Translations under genes and position numbers: made by a program
From: Thermoplasmatota archaeon
GTDB lineage: Archaea; Thermoplasmatota; Poseidoniia; Poseidoniales; Poseidoniaceae
Reading direction: 5' to 3'
Length of the DNA: 53,630 bases
NCBI GenBank assembly: GCA_036019775.1
Contig: JAYXXD010000003.1
Coordinates: 1 to 53,630 of the forward strand
Notes under the pieces: generated by a model
The model's input: only the letters and a program-made list of their open reading frames with translations
What the model was told of the DNA's origin: nothing
Database searches by the model: none
Shown here: positions 45,952-53,630 of the stretch, one piece after another
How the letters are laid out: every line of letters starts with the position of its first letter
Numbering within the stretch: the first letter of the stretch is position 1

Positions 45952-47510
45952 ACATCGATTATCTCTCACTGATGGTTGTTCTTCCGATTCTTGCAAGTAT
46001 CTTCTTGCTAATTTTGACTTCTCGCCTCAATCCAACAGCACGTGCAAAATTCGATGCACCTGTACGGATGGCAGCGCTGATTATTTCATTGGCAATGTTT
46101 GGACTTGCAACCCTAATGTTCTTGGGACAAATAGGCGACGTGGGATGGAACAATATTGCATTCAACAATTTTGAATTCAAGGAATCCTATATTTGGATTG
46201 AACAACTTGGAATCACATGGACGGTTGGAGTCGATGGACTTTCGTTCCCAATGGTGTGGCTGACAACTTTACTGATGCCGATTACCATCATTGCAACATG
46301 GAATGAAAAGGCTGGTGCAACTTACTTCCCGCTCATGCTCATGCTTGGCGGTGCATTGATTGGAGTGTTCGTAGCCTTGGACATGTTCATGTTCTACGTC
46401 TTTTGGGAATTGACCCTAATTCCGATGTTCTTTATGATTCTCAAGTGGGGTGGAAAGGACAGAAAGTATGCTGCTCAGAAGTTCTTCATCTACACCTTCA
46501 CAGCTTCAGTGATCATGCTGCTTGGCCTACTAACGATGTATTTCTTGATGGATACACAAACCTTCAGCATGCAGGAAATGGTTGTTCAAGCGAGTTATGC
46601 CAACGGAAACGGCGTCTGGCTTGGCCTTGAAGTTCAGAAGGTACTGTTCATCATGCTCATGCTTGGATTCCTTGTGAAACTCCCAGCAGCACCGTTCCAC
46701 ACTTGGCTTCCTGATGCACACGTCCAAGCACCAACAGGTGGTTCGATGATGTTGGCTGGTGTCATGTTGAAGATGGGCGCTTACGGTATGTTCCGTCTAC
46801 CAATTTCCTTATTCCCACATGCCCTCGAAGAATTCCAATTCATCATCATGATCATTGGTCTAATTTCATTAGTATGGGGAGCAATTGTCTGTCTTGGACA
46901 GACAAATCTCAAGAAGATGGTTGCATATTCCTCCGTTTCACACATGGGTGTCATCCTGCTTGGAATTGCCAGCATGCAACCACTTGGATGGGCAGCTGCA
47001 CTTTTCATGATGTTCGCCCACGGTATCATCAGCCCAATGCTTTTCGCAGTTTGTGGCGCATTCAAACATCACTATCACAGTATGGAGATTGGAGCAATGC
47101 GTGGTATGGCTAAACATTCGCCTTGGCTCGCTACCAGCATGATGTTTGGTTGGATGGCCTCACTCGGTCTTCCTTTACTTGCAGGATTCGTTGCTGAATT
47201 GATGCTCATGGTCGCATACTGGTACGCCTATGGTTGGTGGATTCTCCTGCCTGGCCTTGTTCTTGCCATCACCGCAGCGTATTATCTCTGGTCAATGCAG
47301 CGAACAATCTTTGAGGGTGGTGAAGAAACTCAACCACCAGAAAGCCTCCATGGAGAACCTGTGCCAGATATCGATAACTCGGAAAAACTTGCAATGATTT
47401 TGCTTGCAGCCTTTACCATACTCTTCGGTATCATGCCTTGGATTTTCCTCGACATGATGGATATGTGGACGAGAAGTGCCATGACATTCCTTGGTTTCGG
47501 AGGTGCCTGA
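45948..47510 (+). CDS. nuoM: NADH-quinone oxidoreductase-like subunit M
   Basis: GVDGLS, FYVFWE..LIPM, PFHTWLPDAHVQAPT.GS..LAGVMLKMG.YG, AYSSVSHMG. TTG start after GGAGGTGA. Confidence 0.96.
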   Translation: MNIDYLSLMVVLPILASIFLLILTSRLNPTARAKFDAPVRMAALIISLAMFGLATLMFLGQIGDVGWNNIAFNNFEFKESYIWIEQLGITWTVGVDGLSFPMVWLTTLLMPITIIATWNEKAGATYFPLMLMLGGALIGVFVALDMFMFYVFWELTLIPMFFMILKWGGKDRKYAAQKFFIYTFTASVIMLLGLLTMYFLMDTQTFSMQEMVVQASYANGNGVWLGLEVQKVLFIMLMLGFLVKLPAAPFHTWLPDAHVQAPTGGSMMLAGVMLKMGAYGMFRLPISLFPHALEEFQFIIMIIGLISLVWGAIVCLGQTNLKKMVAYSSVSHMGVILLGIASMQPLGWAAALFMMFAHGIISPMLFAVCGAFKHHYHSMEIGAMRGMAKHSPWLATSMMFGWMASLGLPLLAGFVAELMLMVAYWYAYGWWILLPGLVLAITAAYYLWSMQRTIFEGGEETQPPESLHGEPVPDIDNSEKLAMILLAAFTILFGIMPWIFLDMMDMWTRSAMTFLGFGGA

Positions 47511-47511
47511 A

Positions 47512-49197
47512 ATGTCATCAAACAATGAATTTGATTCTGATTTAATCGAAACTCTCGGTCCTGAAATGACCCTCTTTGTGGGATTACTTCTTGTTATGAT
47601 TGTTCCAAACCTTGGAAATGGAACGTTCCGAATACCAGGCACCTCAATTCGACTACCATGGTTCCTTGGAGGAACTCGTTACAAGGCAGTTTCATCACCA
47701 CGTCTACCGGGCCTTCTCGCCGTTCTTACCATGGCTCTTGCCCTGTTCCAGGTCCTTTGGTACTTGTTCGATGCGAATGCAGCAGATGGAAAGGTGATTT
47801 CAAGTGAGAACGGAATTGAAATTTTCAAAGTGAATATGTTCTCTCGAATTTTCGAGGCGATCTTCTTCGCAGCGCTGCTTTTAGCAGCAATTGCATCACT
47901 CGACCGATTGCCAACGGGTTCACAGAAAAGTGATGATATTGATGTTCTATTCAACAATCGACGGCAAGCGGATTTCTACATCCTCATGCTCACTTCGGCT
48001 CTTGGAATGAGCGTTGTAGCCCTTGCTCAGGATATGTTTGTCCTGTTTGTTGGATTGGAACTTGCTTCATTCTCGACGTATGTTTTGGTCGCGTTCCACA
48101 AGGAAACTCGCGCTGGATCAGAAGGTGGGGCCAAGTACTTCATCGTCGGTTCCGTTGCTTCCGCTGTCGGACTCTACGGTCTGAGCATGCTTTATCTGTG
48201 GGCTGGTTCACTCCAATTCGATGAACTTGCAGCAAAATGGGCAACAGATGGAGCAACATCCCTCAGCATGATGGCACTAGGATTTGTTCTGGTTGGTTTC
48301 GCTTTCAAGATCAGTGCAGCACCATTCCACTTCGCAGCTCCTGATGCGTATTCGGGTGCAAACAGCCCAGTTGCTGGTGTCCTAGCTACTGCGAGCAAGG
48401 CCATGGGAATGCTTGGTTTGATGCGTGTTCTGTTAATCATCACCGTTCCTGAGGCGAATGCAGATGGCTCAGCCATTTGGATCGGCCTCCTCGGTGTGCT
48501 TGCTGCTGTAACCATGACATGGGGTAACATTGCTGCTCTGGGAAGTGAGAATCCAAAGCGTATGCTCGCTTATTCATCGGTTGCGCATGCTGGATACATG
48601 CTTGCAGCCTTGACTGCCATTGGTGCTTGGAATTGGGGATTGGTTGACAATGCTGGAGAGGCAATGGACGTTGTTGTTGCAGCGCTCCTTTTCCACATGT
48701 TCGTCCTTGTCTTCTTCAAACTTGGAGCCTTCCTTGTTCTAGGTGTGCTTGAAATGGAAGGAGGAGCATCCCGTCTCTCGTCTCTTGCCGGACTTGGTAA
48801 GAGAGAACCACTTCTTGCCGTTGCCATGTTCCTGTTCATGATCTCCTTGGCAGGTGTACCGCCAATGGCTGGCTTCCTTTCCAAATTACTCGTGATAATG
48901 GGTATTGTTGAAGTCGCTACTGGTACTGGTTCTCTTTCTTCCATTGGTGACGCACATTGGGTATGGTGGCTTGCTTTGTTGATGGTTATCAACAGTGCAA
49001 TCTCGATGTTCTACTATCTGCGTGTCGGTGTCGTGATGTACTTCCATGAACCTGAAGAAGGACGTCGCGGACCACTCGCATCAGGAGCATCGATTCGTGT
49101 TGCAATCGCTCTTTGTGCAATTGGAACGGTTGCATTTGGACTGGTTGGTGGAGAACTTATCGAACTCTGCCGAGATGCTGCAGAATCACTTCGCTGA
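47512..49197 (+). CDS. nuoN: NADH-quinone oxidoreductase-like subunit N
   Basis: LELAS..TY.L, EG..KYF..GS, FKISAAPFH..PD.Y.G, KRMLAYSSVAHAGY, SLAGVPP.AGF..K. Start ATG 47512. Confidence 0.95.
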   Translation: MSSNNEFDSDLIETLGPEMTLFVGLLLVMIVPNLGNGTFRIPGTSIRLPWFLGGTRYKAVSSPRLPGLLAVLTMALALFQVLWYLFDANAADGKVISSENGIEIFKVNMFSRIFEAIFFAALLLAAIASLDRLPTGSQKSDDIDVLFNNRRQADFYILMLTSALGMSVVALAQDMFVLFVGLELASFSTYVLVAFHKETRAGSEGGAKYFIVGSVASAVGLYGLSMLYLWAGSLQFDELAAKWATDGATSLSMMALGFVLVGFAFKISAAPFHFAAPDAYSGANSPVAGVLATASKAMGMLGLMRVLLIITVPEANADGSAIWIGLLGVLAAVTMTWGNIAALGSENPKRMLAYSSVAHAGYMLAALTAIGAWNWGLVDNAGEAMDVVVAALLFHMFVLVFFKLGAFLVLGVLEMEGGASRLSSLAGLGKREPLLAVAMFLFMISLAGVPPMAGFLSKLLVIMGIVEVATGTGSLSSIGDAHWVWWLALLMVINSAISMFYYLRVGVVMYFHEPEEGRRGPLASGASIRVAIALCAIGTVAFGLVGGELIELCRDAAESLR

Positions 49198-49249
49198 GAA
49201 GGGGCGACTTCAAGAGGGGTCGACCTCTCGAACCACATGGTGAGACCCT

Positions 49250-49918
49250 ATGGGACGACGTCATGAGGAAAAGGTGGACGAGGAAGAACTCGCACGCTTA
49301 GAAAATCCTGAGGGCTCACCAGGAAAGATACGAGTTAAACTTCCAAACAACGGGAAAACCAAAGGTGAGCTTGGCTACAAGGGTGAAATGTTTGCATTGG
49401 CTGAGGAAATACTTGGGGGGCGGCGCGTCACTGTTCTCTGTGCAGATGGTAAAACTCGAATGGCTCGAATTCCTGGCAAAATGCGCCGTCGTCAATGGGT
49501 TCGTGAGGGTGACTTGATCATTGTCTGGCCGTGGGATTTTCAAGATTCTAAAGCTGATGTAAAGCATCGTTATACAAAAACTCAGGCGATGTATCTCTCT
49601 CGGAAACAAGTTCTCCCAGATGTTGTCGATATGTTCGGTATGAACTCCCGAGTAGACGATGATGATACAGGTGATGATTTGTTTGGCTCATCCGACGCAC
49701 CTGAAGGGGTCTCTGAAGAAGATCTAGATGAGGACGACATGTTCGGTTCAGATGATGATGACGTGGACGATATGTTTGGTTCAGACGGTGATGATGACGT
49801 AGATGACATGTTTGAATCAGATGAAGAAGAAGTCGATGTTGCACAATCATCCGAAGCGGTCGAGATTCCTGAGTCTGAATCGATTGATGATGACGATGAT
49901 GATGCTTTATTCGCTTAA
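49250..49918 (+). CDS. eif1A: Translation initiation factor aIF-1A with long acidic C-terminal tail
   Basis: LGG....V.C.DG..R..RIPGKMRRR.WVREGD..IV.PWDFQ..KAD...RY. Confidence 0.93.
   Translation: MGRRHEEKVDEEELARLENPEGSPGKIRVKLPNNGKTKGELGYKGEMFALAEEILGGRRVTVLCADGKTRMARIPGKMRRRQWVREGDLIIVWPWDFQDSKADVKHRYTKTQAMYLSRKQVLPDVVDMFGMNSRVDDDDTGDDLFGSSDAPEGVSEEDLDEDDMFGSDDDDVDDMFGSDGDDDVDDMFESDEEEVDVAQSSEAVEIPESESIDDDDDDALFA
49673..49822 (+). repeat. Coding tandem repeats DD(L/M)F(G/E)S(D/S) in the aIF-1A tail
   Basis: DDLFGSSD, DDMFGSDDDDV, DDMFGSDGDDDV, DDMFESD. DNA units GACGACATGTTCGGTTCAGA / GACGATATGTTTGGTTCAGA / GATGACATGTTTGAATCAGA. Confidence 0.85.
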
Positions 49919-49973
49919 TTCGTCAAAGGGTTGAAGTGAATCAAGAGCAAATTGAGGCTTGAGAGGCATTCAC

Positions 49974-50975
49974 ATGACGCGTTCTGGTGATGACTGGGAT
50001 GAACTCACTGAGCGAACACGGCAACGCAAACAAACCAGGCGGAAAAGCCGAAACAAACGTCAACGTTCCAAAGAGGAACAAGCTGATGATGAGTATGAAG
50101 AGCAGCATACTTCAAGATTCATTTCAGACCTTGCAAAGAAAGACAGTCAATACAACTGGATGAAAGATGAAAAGAACAAGCAGATGTTCAAGAAAATCGA
50201 GAATCGAATCCAAGGAGCATTAGGAAGTGGAACCTACGACTGGGTCGATCGTCGAGTCTTTGATCAGGTTTTTGATCGACTCACACTTATGTCACTGTAC
50301 AAATTGATGAATGCTGGTGTTCTTGACACCCTCGATTTTCCAGTTGCCCGTGGAAAAGAGGCACACGTCTTTCATGGAACAGATCTCAATGGAAACAGTG
50401 TTGCAGTGAAAATTTTCCACACATCGAATGCTGTGTTCAAGAACTTGATGCAATACATCGAGGGAGACCCACGTTTTGGTGGTTTACGACGGAGACATCG
50501 GGATTTAGTTGACATTTGGGTGCGGAAAGAACACCGTAACTTGATGCGACTTTATCGATGGGGATTACCTGTTCCTCAACCCATTGCTATTCAGAGAAAT
50601 GTTCTCGTAATGGATTATTTGGGAACAGATTCCCAACCATCACCAAAATTAAGGGATGTTCACATTGAAAATCCTCAAGCTGTTTATGAAGAAATGCTCG
50701 AGTTCTTGGCGGTCTCTTGGCAAAAAGCAGAATTGGTTCATGGGGATTTTTCACCGTTCAATATCCTATGGCACGGCAATGCACCAATCGTTATTGATGT
50801 AGGCCAGGGTGTGATTCAACATCATCCAAAAGCAAAGGAATTCCTTGTCCGAGACGTAACTCGGCTTGTCGAATGGGCCAATAAGAATGGAATCGAAGTT
50901 GAACTTGCGGATGCAATGTATGAGGTTCTTGAAATGGACCTTTCCCATATTGTCGAGCGATTGGAGGAAGAGTGA
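49974..50975 (+). CDS. rio1: RIO1-family serine kinase
   Basis: GKEAHVF, AVKIF, W..KE..NL, LVMDYLG, LVHGDFSPFNIL, IDVGQ. Adjacent to aIF-1A. Start placed at ATG 49974. Confidence 0.93.
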   Translation: MTRSGDDWDELTERTRQRKQTRRKSRNKRQRSKEEQADDEYEEQHTSRFISDLAKKDSQYNWMKDEKNKQMFKKIENRIQGALGSGTYDWVDRRVFDQVFDRLTLMSLYKLMNAGVLDTLDFPVARGKEAHVFHGTDLNGNSVAVKIFHTSNAVFKNLMQYIEGDPRFGGLRRRHRDLVDIWVRKEHRNLMRLYRWGLPVPQPIAIQRNVLVMDYLGTDSQPSPKLRDVHIENPQAVYEEMLEFLAVSWQKAELVHGDFSPFNILWHGNAPIVIDVGQGVIQHHPKAKEFLVRDVTRLVEWANKNGIEVELADAMYEVLEMDLSHIVERLEEE

Positions 50976-51719
50976 CTACTCTTCTTCCCACGTAATTGAT
51001 TCATCATCAGCCATTTGCATCATTTCGTCGACCGCATCATCGTCATCAGGATCAACTTGGCTTGCCCGCAAGCGTCGGCCTTTTCGTTCAGAAACACGAG
51101 CAAGGCCGGGAACAAGACCATCGAATCCATCATCTCGAACAGTGTCTTGGCGAGTTTCGATGTATTCTAGGGACCGATTATCAAATTTCATTCGCTTCCG
51201 ACTTCGTTCAAGGAACGAGAGAACGCTACCATGTTCAGATCCACCCGCAATCATCTCTACTGCTTGACGTGCGAGCGCTAGGCCATCTGCATCTCCAACC
51301 AACACCACGGTTGACTTGTAAATTGTAATTTCAACATCGGTGAGATTTTCGATGAGTCGGCGAATTTTCCCTTGACTTCCGATGATTCGGGCACGAATAC
51401 GTCGTTGTTGTTGCGAGCGCTTGCCAACGAAATCCTTCAAATCGACCATTTCAAAGAAATTGTCATCTTCAAGAAGGCGGATTGCTGCTTTGGGCGACAT
51501 TCCTCTACCAATCGCTTTGATGACGTCTGGGAATTTCATCGCCTTGATTGGATCATAGGATCCAGGTTCTCCCCAGACCACTTCAACGTCACCAGATTCG
51601 GAGTCAATATGGAATTCAAGTGCCCCTGAAGCTTCACGGAGTGACTTTGCGGTTGCCCCTTTCGAGCCAATAAGGACCGCAATTCTGTCCTTAGGAATAC
51701 GTGGTAAGCCTTGTCGCAT
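50976..51719 (-). CDS. KH-domain rRNA-processing protein (Dim2/Pno1/Krr1 family)
   Basis: RIPKDRIAVLIGSKG, AIGRG..P..A..L, R.RARIIGSQGK.R..IE, AVEMIAGGSEHG.V..FLE. Start placed at ATG 51719. Confidence 0.92.
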   Translation of the reverse strand: MRQGLPRIPKDRIAVLIGSKGATAKSLREASGALEFHIDSESGDVEVVWGEPGSYDPIKAMKFPDVIKAIGRGMSPKAAIRLLEDDNFFEMVDLKDFVGKRSQQQRRIRARIIGSQGKIRRLIENLTDVEITIYKSTVVLVGDADGLALARQAVEMIAGGSEHGSVLSFLERSRKRMKFDNRSLEYIETRQDTVRDDGFDGLVPGLARVSERKGRRLRASQVDPDDDDAVDEMMQMADDESITWEEE

Positions 51720-51745
51720 GATTAGGTGCCTCACGCCACTCTTTT

Positions 51746-53548
51746 TCAATCTCGTTGTTGAAGCATTGCGACAATAAATCCAACACAAATGAGTGCTGAA
51801 ATTGTTGGTGCGAAAGATGGAACAAGACCTGGACTTGAGACATCTGCACCGGTAACAACCATGTAGTGGTCGTTGTTGATTTCACTGTTTTCATCAATGA
51901 CGTTGGTAGGGTCGATACGAACCCGTAGGTCATACTGTCCACTGTTCGGGACTGTGTATGTCCATTGAACAGTTTCAACACCGTCTCCGAGTGAACCGGC
52001 TGGAAGCGTCTGAACGCTCATCACAGTCCACAGTGTTGTCGCACTGCGATCTGCGGGTGCAGCTTCTAAACTAACCACAACAGCTCCAGCATAGACTTGG
52101 TTGGAGGTTAACTCTCCAGTGATAGTAACGTTCCCGAAAGTTTCACCGGGCCTGACCACCAATCGATCGACATCGGTTGCTGTGACATTCCATGAGAGAT
52201 CGAGTCCTGGTAAAACTTGAAACGCCTCAGGCTCGGTAGTTTCGCTGTTTCCAGCTTCGTCTACTACCGTTGCTCGCAACATAAGGTATTGACGCGACTT
52301 CGTTGCCCAATTGGCCATAGCTAATCCACGTTCAAGTCCAGAACCAGGAAGTTCCAACCATTGACCCGTGAGGTCTGGCGTTAAACCAACACCGTTGCTA
52401 TCGAACCCGTATTGCAATGATGATGCACTGACGTCGATTCCGGAGAGCAAATCATACGCTGAGTAAGAGATATTCGCAGTTCCGAGCAAACTTGTCGTCA
52501 ATGGATCGACAGTCCAACCAACAAGTTCAGGCATTGACGTGTCAATCCGAATTGTTTCAGTAAGGGTATTTCCAATATTTCCAACTCGGTCCGTAGCTCG
52601 TAAAGATATACTATGATTACCTTCTGTCAACTCGATGCTGTGTGAATTACCAGTTAGTGAACTCCAGGCGCCTCCATCAACTTGCAATTCAACGAAAGCA
52701 ACACCGCTTCCAGCCCCATCATTGGCGCCATCAAGAATTCCGTTGATACTGATTGTGCTCGAGGATTGCCAAGTATTTCCGTTTCCTATGGACACGCTAT
52801 TCATCGTCGGACCGGTTCGATCGATGCCGATAAATATGGTTTCTGAGGCACTCAAACCCGAGTCATCTAAGACTGTGAGACGTGGATTCCAAGTGCCCTC
52901 AGAAAACGCACCAGTACTCCAATCCCAACCATAGGCCAACGAACTTGGCCCATCAGTTGCAGGTGAACCAGGGCCGGGTACATTTTGCAGTGTTGCTCTT
53001 GAGAAGTCATCATCTGAGATTCCGTATCTGAATTCGATCGTTGCAGTTTGACTAACATTGAACCAGGCTCGGTCTGAACTTGATGTCCCTGTCCCAACAT
53101 CAGCAGAAAGTACGGTAAATGCTGTGATGATAGGAACCTGATTGGCGATAACAAATTCGTCGGTTGTTGTCACAGTGGTATCGCTTGCATCAGAATCCCA
53201 TCCAGTAGCCCGAAGTGTGTATGTGCCATTTGTGTACGAGTTTGAATCAAAATTGAACAACCAAGGCGACCCTGTGAGGTTGGTGAGTGTTGTATAAGCG
53301 TCTCCCACTTTGGCAATCTCGACCAAGATTGAGTCAATTGTTCCCGTTCCTGAAAGACTGAAACTGACCGTTTTCAAGCCTGTAACAGTTTCGTCTTCAA
53401 CAGGACCGTTTGAGAAGGTAATGGTTGCAGAGGAAGTTCCCATTGATTTCTGTTCCACATCAAGATGAGTTGCTACTGGTAACGAAACCGATATCATAGA
53501 GAGCAGGAGGAAGGTAACAAGACTCACGGCCGTAACCCTTCCTCCCAT
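51746..53548 (-). CDS. Secreted Ig-like/CARDB surface protein with C-terminal TM anchor (possible archaeosortase-type signal)
   Basis: Signal peptide. Ig-like NGTYTLRA, ATDRVGN, VDEAGN. CARDB IDPTNVIDENSEINN. C-terminal VPSF + TM + QQRD. Start placed at ATG 53548. Confidence 0.8.
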   Translation of the reverse strand: MGGRVTAVSLVTFLLLSMISVSLPVATHLDVEQKSMGTSSATITFSNGPVEDETVTGLKTVSFSLSGTGTIDSILVEIAKVGDAYTTLTNLTGSPWLFNFDSNSYTNGTYTLRATGWDSDASDTTVTTTDEFVIANQVPIITAFTVLSADVGTGTSSSDRAWFNVSQTATIEFRYGISDDDFSRATLQNVPGPGSPATDGPSSLAYGWDWSTGAFSEGTWNPRLTVLDDSGLSASETIFIGIDRTGPTMNSVSIGNGNTWQSSSTISINGILDGANDGAGSGVAFVELQVDGGAWSSLTGNSHSIELTEGNHSISLRATDRVGNIGNTLTETIRIDTSMPELVGWTVDPLTTSLLGTANISYSAYDLLSGIDVSASSLQYGFDSNGVGLTPDLTGQWLELPGSGLERGLAMANWATKSRQYLMLRATVVDEAGNSETTEPEAFQVLPGLDLSWNVTATDVDRLVVRPGETFGNVTITGELTSNQVYAGAVVVSLEAAPADRSATTLWTVMSVQTLPAGSLGDGVETVQWTYTVPNSGQYDLRVRIDPTNVIDENSEINNDHYMVVTGADVSSPGLVPSFAPTISALICVGFIVAMLQQRD

Positions 53549-53630
53549 GCTTTGCTTAGGTTTGCAACCATCCTTCAAATCTCCCCTTCTTCCATAGGAT
53601 TTCCTGTAGTCTTGTAGGGTTCTGACCAGA

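Noticed and set aside
49214-49229. Small hairpin GAGGGG-TCGA-CCTCTC after nuoN as a terminator
   Set aside because: Only 6 bp with a G-U pair and no U-tract; insufficient support.
49673-49822. Repeats downstream of the aIF-1A core as a CRISPR or non-coding repeat
   Set aside because: They are in frame, vary at synonymous positions and encode an acidic peptide repeat.

Overview
Archaeal chromosomal segment: it carries rpl15e, aIF-1A, RIO1, an intron-containing tRNA-Tyr and a complex I operon lacking nuoEFG. The large PKD/CARDB/S8 surface proteins and gene style suggest Marine Group II/Poseidoniales (inference). Layout: (i) tRNA-Tyr(GTA) at 44-145. (ii) A visibly AT-rich ~9.3-kb island directly behind the tRNA. 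It holds a tightly coupled six-gene minus-strand operon (NYN RNase-like, membrane-anchored truncated UDP-glucose dehydrogenase, GT2-radical SAM fusion, 1176-aa GT2/kinase-like/GT/GT/radical SAM fusion, UDP-GlcA decarboxylase-like SDR, Cys-dependent phosphatase). A divergent CARF-like/wHTH regulator faces it across a repeat-rich operator region. This is the best candidate for an undescribed system. (iii) GT4 and sixA. (iv) A second AT-rich insert with a PARIS-like ABC-ATPase + DUF4435/TOPRIM pair and a lipoprotein, with ACAAGGG/CCCTTGT inverted-repeat sites at every junction. (v) Core genes: TrmH-family methyltransferase, PIG-type phosphotransferase-like membrane protein, DUF2892, rhodanese, rpl15e, PRC-barrel, RNase Z. 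(vi) A ~15-kb block of giant secreted/membrane-anchored proteins including an S8 protease. (vii) nuoABCDHIJ1J2KLMN with an unusual multidomain NuoI. (viii) aIF-1A with a long acidic repeat tail, RIO1, a convergent KH (Dim2/Pno1) gene and an Ig/CARDB surface protein. All family calls come from motif recognition by eye; no searches were run.
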